Origin: a virus
Lineage: Duplodnaviria > Caudoviricetes
Length of the DNA stretch: 64,000 bases
IMG/VR virus record: IMGVR_UViG_3300024346_000014
Coordinates: 32,001-96,000 of that record
Direction: 5' to 3' (one strand)
Shown piece after piece: positions 52,043 through 61,598 of the stretch; within the stretch, counting starts at the first letter, position 1; each line of letters starts with the position of its first letter. The translations under genes were made by a program, and so were the position numbers. Under the pieces are notes generated by a model. It was not told the origin of the DNA, searched no databases, and saw only the letters and a program-made list of their open reading frames with translations.

Positions 52043-52991
52043 TTGAAATAGTATTTTCTGTTTTTTCTAAGTTTTCGTTTTCAGAAACTGCTCTTCCTTT
52101 CATTTCTTCCCAGTCTCTGTTTTGTCTAACAATAGCGTTCGTAGTAGACGCTCCAAATAAAGTAGGTAATGATGTACTTAATTCATCTGCAACATTTAAT
52201 ATAGCTGCCATATCTTTAGGAAAACAATGGCCTCCGTAACCAAAATCTCCATCTGGACCCGGTACCATAGTATGAGTATTTCCTATTCTAGGATCAAGTA
52301 ATGTCGCTGATACTACTGAATTAAAATCTATATCATGAGAAACTGTTTTATCTTTATTAATTGAATTAGTTAATACGTACATATCATTGAAAAAACTAAC
52401 TTTAGTAGCTAAAAATAAATTAGTCATGTATTTAGTTAATTCAGCTTCTGCTGTATTTAATACTGATATATTGGCCTTTGGAAAAACCTTTTTGAAAAGA
52501 TTAGTAATAGGTTTAATGTGTTCTGCCCAGTCTATTCCTAATATTATTCTATCTTGGTTTTCAAAATCTTCTACTGAATTGGCTTCAGTTAAAAATTCTG
52601 GACTAAAACTAATGCCAACTCGTCTATACTTTCTATTTAAGGACTCGGTTGTTCCAGGAGGAACAGTTGACTTAAGTACAGCTATTGTATTTTTATCTAA
52701 GCCTATGCTTGCGTCATCTATTTGACAAATAACATCTTCTACTATATTGAGATCGCATTTACCACTTTTAAACATGGGTGTAGGTACACATACAAATACA
52801 ATATCACATTTTTCTACTATATTAGAAATTTCTAATTTCTCAATAACGTAATTATCCTTAGTGAATAATCCACATTTAGATTCATCTAAATCACATGTGT
52901 AAACATTATGAGTTTGTTTAAATTTTTCCCTGACGGCGGTGCCAACAAAGCCTTGACCTATTATTCCTACATTCATATCCCGTAATTCCAT
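52032..52991 (-). CDS. UDP-glucose/GDP-mannose dehydrogenase family protein
   Basis: GQGFVG, FVCVPTP, KSTVPPG, SPEFL, AELTKY, GYGGHCFPKD. Confidence 0.92.
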   Translation of the reverse strand: MELRDMNVGIIGQGFVGTAVREKFKQTHNVYTCDLDESKCGLFTKDNYVIEKLEISNIVEKCDIVFVCVPTPMFKSGKCDLNIVEDVICQIDDASIGLDKNTIAVLKSTVPPGTTESLNRKYRRVGISFSPEFLTEANSVEDFENQDRIILGIDWAEHIKPITNLFKKVFPKANISVLNTAEAELTKYMTNLFLATKVSFFNDMYVLTNSINKDKTVSHDIDFNSVVSATLLDPRIGNTHTMVPGPDGDFGYGGHCFPKDMAAILNVADELSTSLPTLFGASTTNAIVRQNRDWEEMKGRAVSENENLEKTENTISSEL

Positions 52992-53065
52992 TTAAATAAA
53001 TATTTTATAATATAATTTATTATACCGGGATTCAGTTAACGGTTTTAAAAAAGAATAAAAAATAT

Positions 53066-53696
53066 TTAATTCCTTTTATCTAGTATGTTATCAAAAGAAT
53101 CAGGAAGTAAATTTATTTTACCGTTGGATTTCTTTTTGAGAAAATAAGCAAAGACAGTATACATAGTAGAGGAACCAGGTATCGGAGTAGTTAACATAAC
53201 TAAAACAAATGGTAACATCTTAGGAACATCTTTTAATTGATGTAATGCTTCGTCTAACTCCTGCTTGGTTGGCATATCACTTCTAGTTTTTAAATTCAAC
53301 TTGTTACGTAAGCGCCTATTAAATACATTTAACATATTGGAAGTTTCAGATCCTTCTTTTTTAAATGCAACAATTACATTTTTGGATATTTCCTTTACTC
53401 TGCTTGCTTTATTTAGAATAAATTTTTTAAATGTTTTGTGTTCGGATTGTTTAGAATATTCCTCTAATAATAATTCATAATAGTCATTAGTAAATGATTT
53501 ATACAATTCTATATGTTTATTATTCTTCATTTTCTTTGTGATCAATATCGTCTTCTGAAATAGAAATGGGCATTCCTTTTAGTTGATCGTTTACGCATTT
53601 CCAACAAGTAACAGCCGTTGCTTCAGAGCTAACGTTTTTTACGGTTTCTTCGCATATTTTACAATCTAAATCTTTTCTACTGTATGATTTTTTCAT
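53066..53696 (-). CDS. 53066-53530 LETM1-like hydrophobic protein; 53520-53696 small CxxC protein missing from the track
   Basis: QLKDVPK...TPIPGS...LLPDSF; CKIC...CWKC. Confidence 0.55.
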
Positions 53697-54109
53697 ATTG
53701 AAAGTTTAATACTTTTATTTCCATGCCTAGCATACCATCCTGATCTAGTCTCAACTGCGTATTGTGCAGGCTTTTTGCATGTAAAAATTTTTGGGTAACT
53801 ATCAGGAGACATTGTCATAGAATCTATTAATTCTTTATTTGAATTAAAAAAAAGTATGTCTAAGGGAAAACTAACATCTTTCATCCAAAAAGATGCCTGT
53901 ATCTCTGAAGGATACACGAATAGAATACCTTCATTATCAGAAGGCTCTTTTTCATCTTGATATCCTTTAAGTTGAGATTGAGGAGTAGACGCTATTTTTA
54001 GCTTCATTGGACATTTTCCTAAATTACAATCAATTGTCTTGTTGTCTACTGTATCCTGTTTACAGTAGTTTTCAAATAGAAGAATTGATCTTTTGTAATT
54101 AGAGTCCAT
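53693..54109 (-). CDS. DUF192-family protein
   Basis: ASTP...GILFVYP...FWMKDVSFPLDILF...YAVETRSG. Confidence 0.85.
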   Translation of the reverse strand: MDSNYKRSILLFENYCKQDTVDNKTIDCNLGKCPMKLKIASTPQSQLKGYQDEKEPSDNEGILFVYPSEIQASFWMKDVSFPLDILFFNSNKELIDSMTMSPDSYPKIFTCKKPAQYAVETRSGWYARHGNKSIKLSI

Positions 54110-54190
54110 TTAAAAGCTGAATAAGCATAGATATCTATTATTAAAATAACAGTTACCTATGCTTTAATATATTTTTAGCAAGGTTGAATT

Positions 54191-54544
54191 TTAAATTTCT
54201 TCTTCTTCCTCTTCTTCGTCTTCTTCAACTTCTTCGTCCTCGTCTTCGTCTTCTTCTTCGACTTCTTCGTCCTCGTCTTCTTCCTCTTCGTCTTCTCCAC
54301 CTTCTAATGCAGATAATCTTTCTTCGAGGTCATCAACTACAGCTTTAAGATCTTCCATGGTAAGTTCTTCTTCGTCTTCGCCTTCTTCCATATCTAGATC
54401 TGGATCTTCATCCATTTCATCCATATCTTCTTCAGGTGCTTCTGAATAATTATCCATGCTCATAGCGAATTGGTTATCAGTTTCTTCCATTTCATTCAGT
54501 CTATTCTTCATGAAGGAATTAAAGTTAGCAATTTTTCTTTTCAT
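54191..54544 (-). CDS. extremely acidic protein with a short coiled coil
   Basis: Leader IANFNSFMKNRLNE; poly-E/D; TATAAATA upstream. Confidence 0.8.
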   Translation of the reverse strand: MKRKIANFNSFMKNRLNEMEETDNQFAMSMDNYSEAPEEDMDEMDEDPDLDMEEGEDEEELTMEDLKAVVDDLEERLSALEGGEDEEEEDEDEEVEEEDEDEDEEVEEDEEEEEEEI

Positions 54545-54602
54545 TTTACTAATGTTTATTTTATTTATATATCTGCTTTAAACAAATAAAAAACTAAAAA
54601 AA

Positions 54603-55109
54603 TTATTTAGAATTATTTAATTTATTTTCTAATTCAGATATTTGACTATCTATCATTTGCAATTGTTGTATTCCATTTTGTAATACTAGAAACATTCCCA
54701 ATTGACTTTGAGCAGAATGAGAATTTTTACCATTCATTGATCCTATAAATACACTCATTGCTTCTATTGCATCATTCCTAACGCTCATTTTCTGTGATTC
54801 TGTAGATTTACTATCTAGTGAAGCTAAAGATGCTTCTAATGTAAGCATAAGGATACTTAATAAATAAGCTTGATTAGGACCAGACCAAGGAGTATCATTC
54901 TTAAAAGTATTTCTAATTCTTTTAAATACATCATATGTTGCATCTAAAGTAACACTTCCATTTTTTCTAAATTCCTTTAATTGAGTTAATCTTTCGTCAT
55001 CCGTTAGTTCCTTTTCAGGTACATCCGGTGTTTCTGTTATTGTTTCTTTCGCGGTATTTTCTTTTTCTTCTACCGTTTCAGTTTGTTGATTTGAATTTAA
55101 TTCCATCAT
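54603..55109 (-). CDS. hypothetical protein
   Basis: AAAAC-N17-TATAAT upstream. Confidence 0.7.
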   Translation of the reverse strand: MMELNSNQQTETVEEKENTAKETITETPDVPEKELTDDERLTQLKEFRKNGSVTLDATYDVFKRIRNTFKNDTPWSGPNQAYLLSILMLTLEASLASLDSKSTESQKMSVRNDAIEAMSVFIGSMNGKNSHSAQSQLGMFLVLQNGIQQLQMIDSQISELENKLNNSK

Positions 55110-55161
55110 AGCTAAAATTTTATTATTATTATACCTATTACTTTTAAGTAGTTTTAAAATT

Positions 55162-56775
55162 TTATTTCTTAGCTGCTGCTAGTTTTGTTTTAACTTGGTT
55201 TACATAAGGACCTGTTCCAGTCATGGCTGCCCAATAGCATCCTACTATTTCTTCCATTGTTGCTTCTAATTCACTCGCAATAACATCTTCGTAAAAATTA
55301 CTTCCTGCGTAAGCACTTTCATATTCTTTTTTAGTAGCAATAGCAGTTTCTTTATCCATACTTAGTATCATCAAAGCAATAGCCATTTCGTCTGAATTAT
55401 CTGTCCATCCATCCATTGCATCGTATAACATAGCTGCTAATTCAGCGGCTGCTAATTGTTTATATTGGCTCATTGCTTTTGCTGGATCAGCGTTAGTTTG
55501 ATCATAATATCCCATCAATTCAGCTGGGTTATATGGATTGAACATATCGTCCATTTGTTCATCTGATCCCGCTATACCTTCTAGATTTCCAGTTTCAGCT
55601 TTACTAATTGCTCCTGTTAATCCAGCAGCTACTGCTAGTTTAGTAGCAGTTTTCATGCTCATTCCACCTGCTTTACCTGCGTTAAGTAAAAGACTATCTA
55701 CGCCAACATTGAATACGAGTGTACCTGTTCCGGTACTGGTTACCTGTTGAAGTTTTACCATGCTTTTACCGGCTGCGTTTGTAAAGTATTTAGTAATTTT
55801 TACATTTGAAACGTTTTTAGCTTTTGATAACCATTCAACTGTTTTACCAACTGGCATAAAAGCTTTGGCTTTAGCAAGTCTACCTGCTGCGCCCAATGCT
55901 TTCCAGGCCTTTGTCATAGTTGGAGTTACTCTAGCGAAAACCTTACCTGCTTTTAAAGCTTTACCGGCAGCCTTTGCAGTATTAGCGGCTTTAGCTAATT
56001 TTTTAGACTTAGAAACAGCTTTCCCTATTTTAGTGGCAGCTTTTCCTGCTCCAATAGCAGCTCGGCCTGCAGAAGTTGCTGCTAAAGATGCTCCTAAAGT
56101 AGGAACGGCAAGGATTAATAATCCTAAATCGGTAAAAATAGTTCCCCAACTAATTCCTCTAATAATAGATTTAGGTATAGGTCTTTTAGCAAGTGCCATT
56201 GCACATGCTTCATCTCTCCCGTCAAAATCTCCATCAATCCATTCATCTAATGTATATCCTTCGTACTTAGTTCCAAAAGCATCAGCATTAAAAATATCAA
56301 AAACTCTTTGTGTACCTCTTTCTGATACATTCCTTTCACATAAATCCATATGAATAGCTGCAACGGCAGAAGCATATTGAAGTTCATCTGTTCCCATACC
56401 GTCCATTGATTTATATACATAACCGGCAATAGTCGAAAGATTTAAATCACCAACTAATGTTTTTTCATTTTCTAAAGATACCATTATTCTAGGTTCACCT
56501 GAATTAGATCTATCTATTGTTAGGGCCATTTCATCTCCGGGTTTTACTTTGAATTTAGAGCCATCGAGAATAATAGATGCTTCGGATATCGAACCATCGG
56601 CTACTTTTTGATATGCTGTATTTATTTCTTCTAATAAATTTTCGTTTGAATCTAGATATTGTTTTAATCTCTCATTAGCATCTTCTGAAAAAACAGCAAT
56701 TGTGGTATTTTGCTCAACTATCATTTTTCCATAGTTACTATACCAAGTTGGAAGTGAATTATTTTTATTTGACAT
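55162..56775 (-). CDS. protein with two annexin-like motifs around an Ala/Gly/Lys-rich hydrophobic core
   Basis: VYKSMDGMGTDE and LYDAMDGWTDNSDE. Confidence 0.6.
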   Translation of the reverse strand: MSNKNNSLPTWYSNYGKMIVEQNTTIAVFSEDANERLKQYLDSNENLLEEINTAYQKVADGSISEASIILDGSKFKVKPGDEMALTIDRSNSGEPRIMVSLENEKTLVGDLNLSTIAGYVYKSMDGMGTDELQYASAVAAIHMDLCERNVSERGTQRVFDIFNADAFGTKYEGYTLDEWIDGDFDGRDEACAMALAKRPIPKSIIRGISWGTIFTDLGLLILAVPTLGASLAATSAGRAAIGAGKAATKIGKAVSKSKKLAKAANTAKAAGKALKAGKVFARVTPTMTKAWKALGAAGRLAKAKAFMPVGKTVEWLSKAKNVSNVKITKYFTNAAGKSMVKLQQVTSTGTGTLVFNVGVDSLLLNAGKAGGMSMKTATKLAVAAGLTGAISKAETGNLEGIAGSDEQMDDMFNPYNPAELMGYYDQTNADPAKAMSQYKQLAAAELAAMLYDAMDGWTDNSDEMAIALMILSMDKETAIATKKEYESAYAGSNFYEDVIASELEATMEEIVGCYWAAMTGTGPYVNQVKTKLAAAKK

Positions 56776-56800
56776 TTTAAATAGCTTTTATTTTTTTAAA

Positions 56801-57910
56801 TTATAAACCCGCATCTACTGAGGTTCTATCTGCTGGATCTTGTTTTTCAGCTTGATATATTTGATTACCATCTGTGTAGAATAATATATCCTTTACGGTC
56901 CAATCTCCTCCATTAGGGTATTTTGCTTCATAAGCAGCAATTAATTGTTTAAGGTATTCAGTATCAGTATATATTCTTTTAAAGAATTCCCTATCCTTAG
57001 CATTAGTTATCGCAGTAGTTGAACCGTTTTTATTAATCCAAAATGGTTCTCCATCTTTTAAAGATATCCAACCTTCATTGGAACCATCTCTACTTACTGC
57101 CCAGAATTTTAATTCTCCTTTTTCTCCTTCGTCAATTGTAATCGTATATAAAAGACCGTCTGCTCCACTTTGATATTCAAATTTCTTACCTATTAAAGAA
57201 TCATCAGGTAAAGGTATATCATCCACTATCTCATCTTCAATTTCTTCTACTTCTACATCATCATCTACTACTACATCATCTACTACTTCAGTTTCATCTT
57301 CAACCTTAATAATTGTATTTGAAAGAGCTTGCTGATTTATAGCTAGTTGGTTATCGATTGCCATTATAGCTTTTATATTTATGTAATTTACTCCATCTAT
57401 TGAAACTAATTCAGTACCGTCTGTTGCGATAGCATCCTGTTTTTTCAAAAGCTCAGCCCTATTTAGTATAGTAAACTGTATTTTTTGTTTTCTGTCATTG
57501 TCTATTCTAACAGAGTAGGCTATGATTTTATTCTGAAAAAATAATTGGTCTAATTTACCATATTGATTTACGAATGAATTTTCACCATTTAAAAATTGAG
57601 TTAGAGCATTTTGCCCTTCAGCATTTAAATTTGAGTTTTTATCTAACCAGTTATAATCATTTACTAGTTTTACTATAAAATTAGAGGTATCTTGAGCTTT
57701 CCATACTACTTTATGTTTTACTCCAGTTGCATCTCTATATACTTCCTTTCCTCTTACTCCTGTTATCTTATCGCTACCTTGCCCTAACGAAGAGCCGGCT
57801 TTCTTTAAAGCCTTTTTTTCTTTTCTTTTTTCACGAGCCTTTTTAAAAAGTTGTTCGTCTACGTGATTAGATGATTTGTCAAAATCACTAAAGCTTTTAA
57901 TAGTCTTCAT
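56801..57910 (-). CDS. hypothetical protein with leader
   Basis: MKTIKSFSDF...VDE; acidic linker. Confidence 0.7.
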   Translation of the reverse strand: MKTIKSFSDFDKSSNHVDEQLFKKAREKRKEKKALKKAGSSLGQGSDKITGVRGKEVYRDATGVKHKVVWKAQDTSNFIVKLVNDYNWLDKNSNLNAEGQNALTQFLNGENSFVNQYGKLDQLFFQNKIIAYSVRIDNDRKQKIQFTILNRAELLKKQDAIATDGTELVSIDGVNYINIKAIMAIDNQLAINQQALSNTIIKVEDETEVVDDVVVDDDVEVEEIEDEIVDDIPLPDDSLIGKKFEYQSGADGLLYTITIDEGEKGELKFWAVSRDGSNEGWISLKDGEPFWINKNGSTTAITNAKDREFFKRIYTDTEYLKQLIAAYEAKYPNGGDWTVKDILFYTDGNQIYQAEKQDPADRTSVDAGL

Positions 57911-57976
57911 GTAGTGAAATGTATTTTATTTTATATATATGACAAATAAATAAAAAAAATAGCCTTTACTTGTAAA

Positions 57977-58744
57977 ATGAATATTAGATCATTTAATGAA
58001 TATGAACAATATATAAATGGAAACGACAAAGATATTGTCAATAAAATACACATTTTGAAAGAAGGAAACTTTAATTATACGTCTCCTTTTATAAAAATAA
58101 ATTCAGTACAGGAAGCAGCTGATATGCCTGTATTAATATGTAATGATTTTAAAATATCTAATTTAAACGAGTCTAATGTTTCTAATGTATATAATTCATT
58201 TAATTTTAAAAAGGGTAGTAATTACATTAAGAAACATATAGGAGAATCTTTTATACCTAAAGCAGTTAACAACAGAAATAATGTAAAAAGATTAAAATTT
58301 CCTATAGTAGCTTCTAGTAAAAGTAGATCCACTACATATAATTCATTATACAAATTCAATAAGTCGGAAAATGATTATAGTAAATTTCAAGAAAAAATAA
58401 TACCTAAAACTAAGTATGAAGCGTTGATGTTCAATAATGAACTTGTTTCAGTTTATGAAAAAATAAACGATAAGCTTTACGAAAAAAATAATTTAGGTAA
58501 TTTAAAAAAGGCTATTGAAAACATAACTAATAAAGTATCTGAAAGTCACGGTTTCAATGCCTACTATCTTAGTATATACGAGTCTACTGATGGAAGATAT
58601 TATTTAAATAAAATAAAGAAATGTAAATCTTTTAATGAAAAACAATCATATCAATTGTATGTAAAAGTATATGAACATCACTATGGATATAAGATACCTA
58701 CATGGTTTAAAAATAAAATAAAAGATATAGATGCTGATAATTAA
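57977..58744 (+). CDS. hypothetical protein, possibly degenerate ATP-grasp
   Basis: FIPK...LKFPIVA...FQEKI; leader MNIRSFNEY. Confidence 0.5.
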   Translation: MNIRSFNEYEQYINGNDKDIVNKIHILKEGNFNYTSPFIKINSVQEAADMPVLICNDFKISNLNESNVSNVYNSFNFKKGSNYIKKHIGESFIPKAVNNRNNVKRLKFPIVASSKSRSTTYNSLYKFNKSENDYSKFQEKIIPKTKYEALMFNNELVSVYEKINDKLYEKNNLGNLKKAIENITNKVSESHGFNAYYLSIYESTDGRYYLNKIKKCKSFNEKQSYQLYVKVYEHHYGYKIPTWFKNKIKDIDADN

Positions 58745-58910
58745 AGTCATTGATGGAAAAATAGAATATGCTTTAAAGAAGTATAAAAAGAAAAATAGAG
58801 ATACTCAAGTTTTAAAACAACTACGAGATAGGATGACGTATACTAAAAAGTCTGAATATAAACGAAATATTAAAAATAAAGCTATACGAAAAAACAATTA
58901 TGAAAAATAG
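58731..58910 (+). CDS. rpsU: ribosomal protein bS21 (59 aa, missing from the track)
   Basis: MLIIKVIDGKIEYALKKYKKKNRDTQVLKQLRDRMTYTKKSEYKRNIKNKAIR. Confidence 0.88.
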   Translation: MLIIKVIDGKIEYALKKYKKKNRDTQVLKQLRDRMTYTKKSEYKRNIKNKAIRKNNYEK

Positions 58911-59481
58911 AATCAAATCATTTAGTCAATATATAGGTAGCTCTTTGATATCTGAAAATCTACAATATCACATATCTAATTCAATATCTATAGTAGAGAC
59001 AGTATTTAGACCAGGCAGTGTTTCTCACATAGAACTTCTTAATGAAGCTAGATCATTATATAAATCAGGAGAATTACAACTGAGCGGAGATGATGCTTTT
59101 CTTTTTGATACAACAGATCTAGGTAGAACAGGAATCTATGAAGGAGTTGTGGTTCCACTTGACTTACCACTTGAAGATTTTATTTTAAATGAAGCAAAAT
59201 ATAAAGGACGAGAAGTTAAACTTAACTATCCTACTAGAGGAGGATCCAAAAAGTTCAAAGTATATGTTAAAAATCCTAAGACTGGAAATGTTAAGATGTT
59301 ACAAATAGGTGATACCACAGGTTTAAAAGCGAAAGTAAGTAACCCTAAAGCTAGAAAGAGTTTTGCTGCAAGACATAAATGTCACTTAAAGAAAGATAAA
59401 ACAACAGCTGGATATTGGTCCTGTAGAATTAACAAATATGCTCATCTTTGGGGAGGAAAAACGTATCCAGGATATTGGTAA
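58900..59481 (+). CDS. basic protein with leader, conserved large-virus domain (DUF6321-like)
   Basis: KKFKVYVKNPKTGNVK...ARKSFAARHKC...TAGYWSC. Confidence 0.7.
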   Translation: MKNRIKSFSQYIGSSLISENLQYHISNSISIVETVFRPGSVSHIELLNEARSLYKSGELQLSGDDAFLFDTTDLGRTGIYEGVVVPLDLPLEDFILNEAKYKGREVKLNYPTRGGSKKFKVYVKNPKTGNVKMLQIGDTTGLKAKVSNPKARKSFAARHKCHLKKDKTTAGYWSCRINKYAHLWGGKTYPGYW

Positions 59482-60312
59482 ACACTGACCCATATATTGA
59501 GCATGAAATCGACAATGACGTAGTCATTAGAACGTTTAAAGAATCTACCGATTCAGAGGATTTTATGTGGCATAGGGATTTAGAAGACAGGGAAATAGAA
59601 TCCCTTAACAAGAACAATTGGCAAATTCAATTAGAGAATGAATTACCAAAGAATATAGATCCTGGGCAAACTATCAAAATTCCAAATGGAAAGTGGCATA
59701 GGGTCATAAAAGGAACAGGAATCGCGATATATAAAATAAAAAAGAATTATAATGGGACATCATAAACAAAAAAACTATATGTTTTTTAAGAATTTGCAAC
59801 AAATAATGAGACAAGCAACTTTGCTTTATCAAATGGATCCTGATATGTTAGATGATATATTACAACAAGGCCATGATTGGGCAGATGATCATGTATCGGT
59901 AGCTAAAGAAAATATGGATCAAGTATTTGATTTTATTATGAATACAACAAAGGAGGTTCCTGTACCAAATAATGATATGCAAACTGATAGTATTTCAAAA
60001 AATTTAGATTTTGATTTTATGGCATCTGAAAGTGTAGTAGTTGGCTTTAACGATTTTATAAAAGTAAATGAGAAAAAAAAACTAGAATTTCATCATTCTG
60101 ATGCTCCGGATGCCAATGGAAAATTTAAAAAACTAGGAATAAAAGCATTAGCTGAATGGTTGATTAAAACAAGAAAAGGTGACATGAGAAAAATAACCGG
60201 AAGTCTTAATCAACAAATAAACTTTAATAAAAAGTCAGATCCAGCATATGCTAAAAAGATGGAAAAAGTTAGAGATAAAGTCTTGATTTTATTAAAAAAA
60301 GATAAAGATTAA
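59448..60312 (+). CDS. 59448-59765 cupin-like; 59752-60312 hypothetical
   Basis: WHRDLEDRE...IPNGKWHRVIKG; NYMFF...GHDWADDH. Confidence 0.65.
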
Positions 60313-60316
60313 AGAT

Positions 60317-61087
60317 ATGGAACGAATTAAAGATTATAATGAGTACTTAAAAGAAGCACACCCAACTGAATACAAGGCCCCTAAAGGAAGCTCCAGGGAT
60401 GCTAAATTAAATAAAGCTAAGAAACTATTAAAGGGATCTGAAGCCGATAAGAAAAAAGCTTATAAACTTAGAGATGAGATGGAAGCTGAAGAGAGAACAA
60501 ATGAAACAATAGACCCTAAGGTGGATTTAAAAGAATTCGCTGAAAAAAGAGGAGACGGAGCAAAAAGCACAGTGGATAGCTCTAAAGAAAAAGGAGGCCT
60601 TTCAATGCTTTCATATGATCATTTTAAAGTTAAACTTCCATATTATAAAAAAGCAGCTAGTGGAAAATTTGATATGTCAGATTTTAAAGATGAATATGAT
60701 GAATTATTGAACGAACTAATAGAAGCTACTTCTAAAGATATGAACATTACCCAAAAGAAATTTCAAGAAATAGTAGGTAAAATAGAAGTATTAGGAGAAC
60801 TTTGTATAAGAAATAAAGACACTGAACCTATTAATGAAGCTAAAAAAGCAAAGAAAAAGAAAAAGACTTTAAGTAAAGCAACTGAAGCAAAAATAAGAAA
60901 AGTCGCAAATAAAAAAGGATATACCTTTGGTAGTTTAAGAGCAGAGTACATTAAGGGCCTTGGAGCATTTTACAGTTCTGGGTCAAGACCAGGCATGACT
61001 GCACATGGATGGGCAATGGCTAGAGTAAATAAAGCAACACCTAGTAAACCATGGGCAAACGTTAAAAAAAGTAAATCTAAAAAGTGA
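60317..61087 (+). CDS. basic protein with leader, C-terminal DUF5824-like domain
   Basis: MERIKDYNEYLKEA; KGLGAFYSSGSRPGMTAHGWAMARVN. Confidence 0.7.
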   Translation: MERIKDYNEYLKEAHPTEYKAPKGSSRDAKLNKAKKLLKGSEADKKKAYKLRDEMEAEERTNETIDPKVDLKEFAEKRGDGAKSTVDSSKEKGGLSMLSYDHFKVKLPYYKKAASGKFDMSDFKDEYDELLNELIEATSKDMNITQKKFQEIVGKIEVLGELCIRNKDTEPINEAKKAKKKKKTLSKATEAKIRKVANKKGYTFGSLRAEYIKGLGAFYSSGSRPGMTAHGWAMARVNKATPSKPWANVKKSKSKK

Positions 61088-61584
61088 AAACCTTCAAAAA
61101 TTTAAAATCTATATTGAACGAAGAATGGAAAGATGTCATTGATTCATTAGAAAAAAAGGTAGCGGGCGTGTGTATAATATATGAAAATAAAATATTATTA
61201 GTTCACCCAACAAACGCGAGCTGGCAAAAAAGAACGTTAGGCATACCTAAAGGAAAAGTAGAAACTGGAGAAGATGTTTTAACAGGAGCAATTAGAGAAT
61301 TGAAAGAGGAAACTGGAATATCACTGAATCCTTCTATTCTATCTAGATCTGAGCCATATGTATGTAACACCTATAATAAAAAAGGAGATATAGAAAAGCA
61401 ACTTATTTATTTTTTACATGAAGTAACAAGTCTGTCTGAAATAGGAATGACGAGTTTAAGAATATCAAATGATAACTTACAAAAAGAAGAAATAGATTGG
61501 GCAGGTTTCTTAAGTGCAGATGAGGCCTATCCAAAAATAAGTAAGTGGCAGTTAATAGTTTTAGATCGTCACCTGAACAAATAA
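61084..61584 (+). CDS. Nudix hydrolase with leader
   Basis: PKGKVETGEDVLTGAIRELKEETG Nudix box; MKTFKNLKSILNEE. Confidence 0.9.
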   Translation: MKTFKNLKSILNEEWKDVIDSLEKKVAGVCIIYENKILLVHPTNASWQKRTLGIPKGKVETGEDVLTGAIRELKEETGISLNPSILSRSEPYVCNTYNKKGDIEKQLIYFLHEVTSLSEIGMTSLRISNDNLQKEEIDWAGFLSADEAYPKISKWQLIVLDRHLNK

Positions 61585-61598
61585 ATAACTATAATATT

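Larger units (their letters stand above)
2930..54575. promoter_or_regulatory. T4-late-like TATAAATA boxes
   Basis: TATAAATA shortly upstream of starts at 2914(-), 5826(-), 7120(+), 41190(+), 48564(-), 49312(-), 54544(-); (A/G)ATAAATA variants before 348, 5904, 11508, 12690, 44222, 57977, 61599. Confidence 0.75.

Noticed and set aside
55538-56353. Plus-strand ORFs antisense to long genes (also 2488, 14903, 20251, 24992, 37600, 52387; minus-strand 45508, 62303-63136)
   Set aside because: Shadow ORFs fully overlapping better-supported genes
10570-61087. Eukaryotic giant-virus origin (DOT1-like, annexin-like, DUF5824-like genes)
   Set aside because: Sigma70, bS21, peptidoglycan hydrolases and intrinsic terminators indicate a bacteriophage
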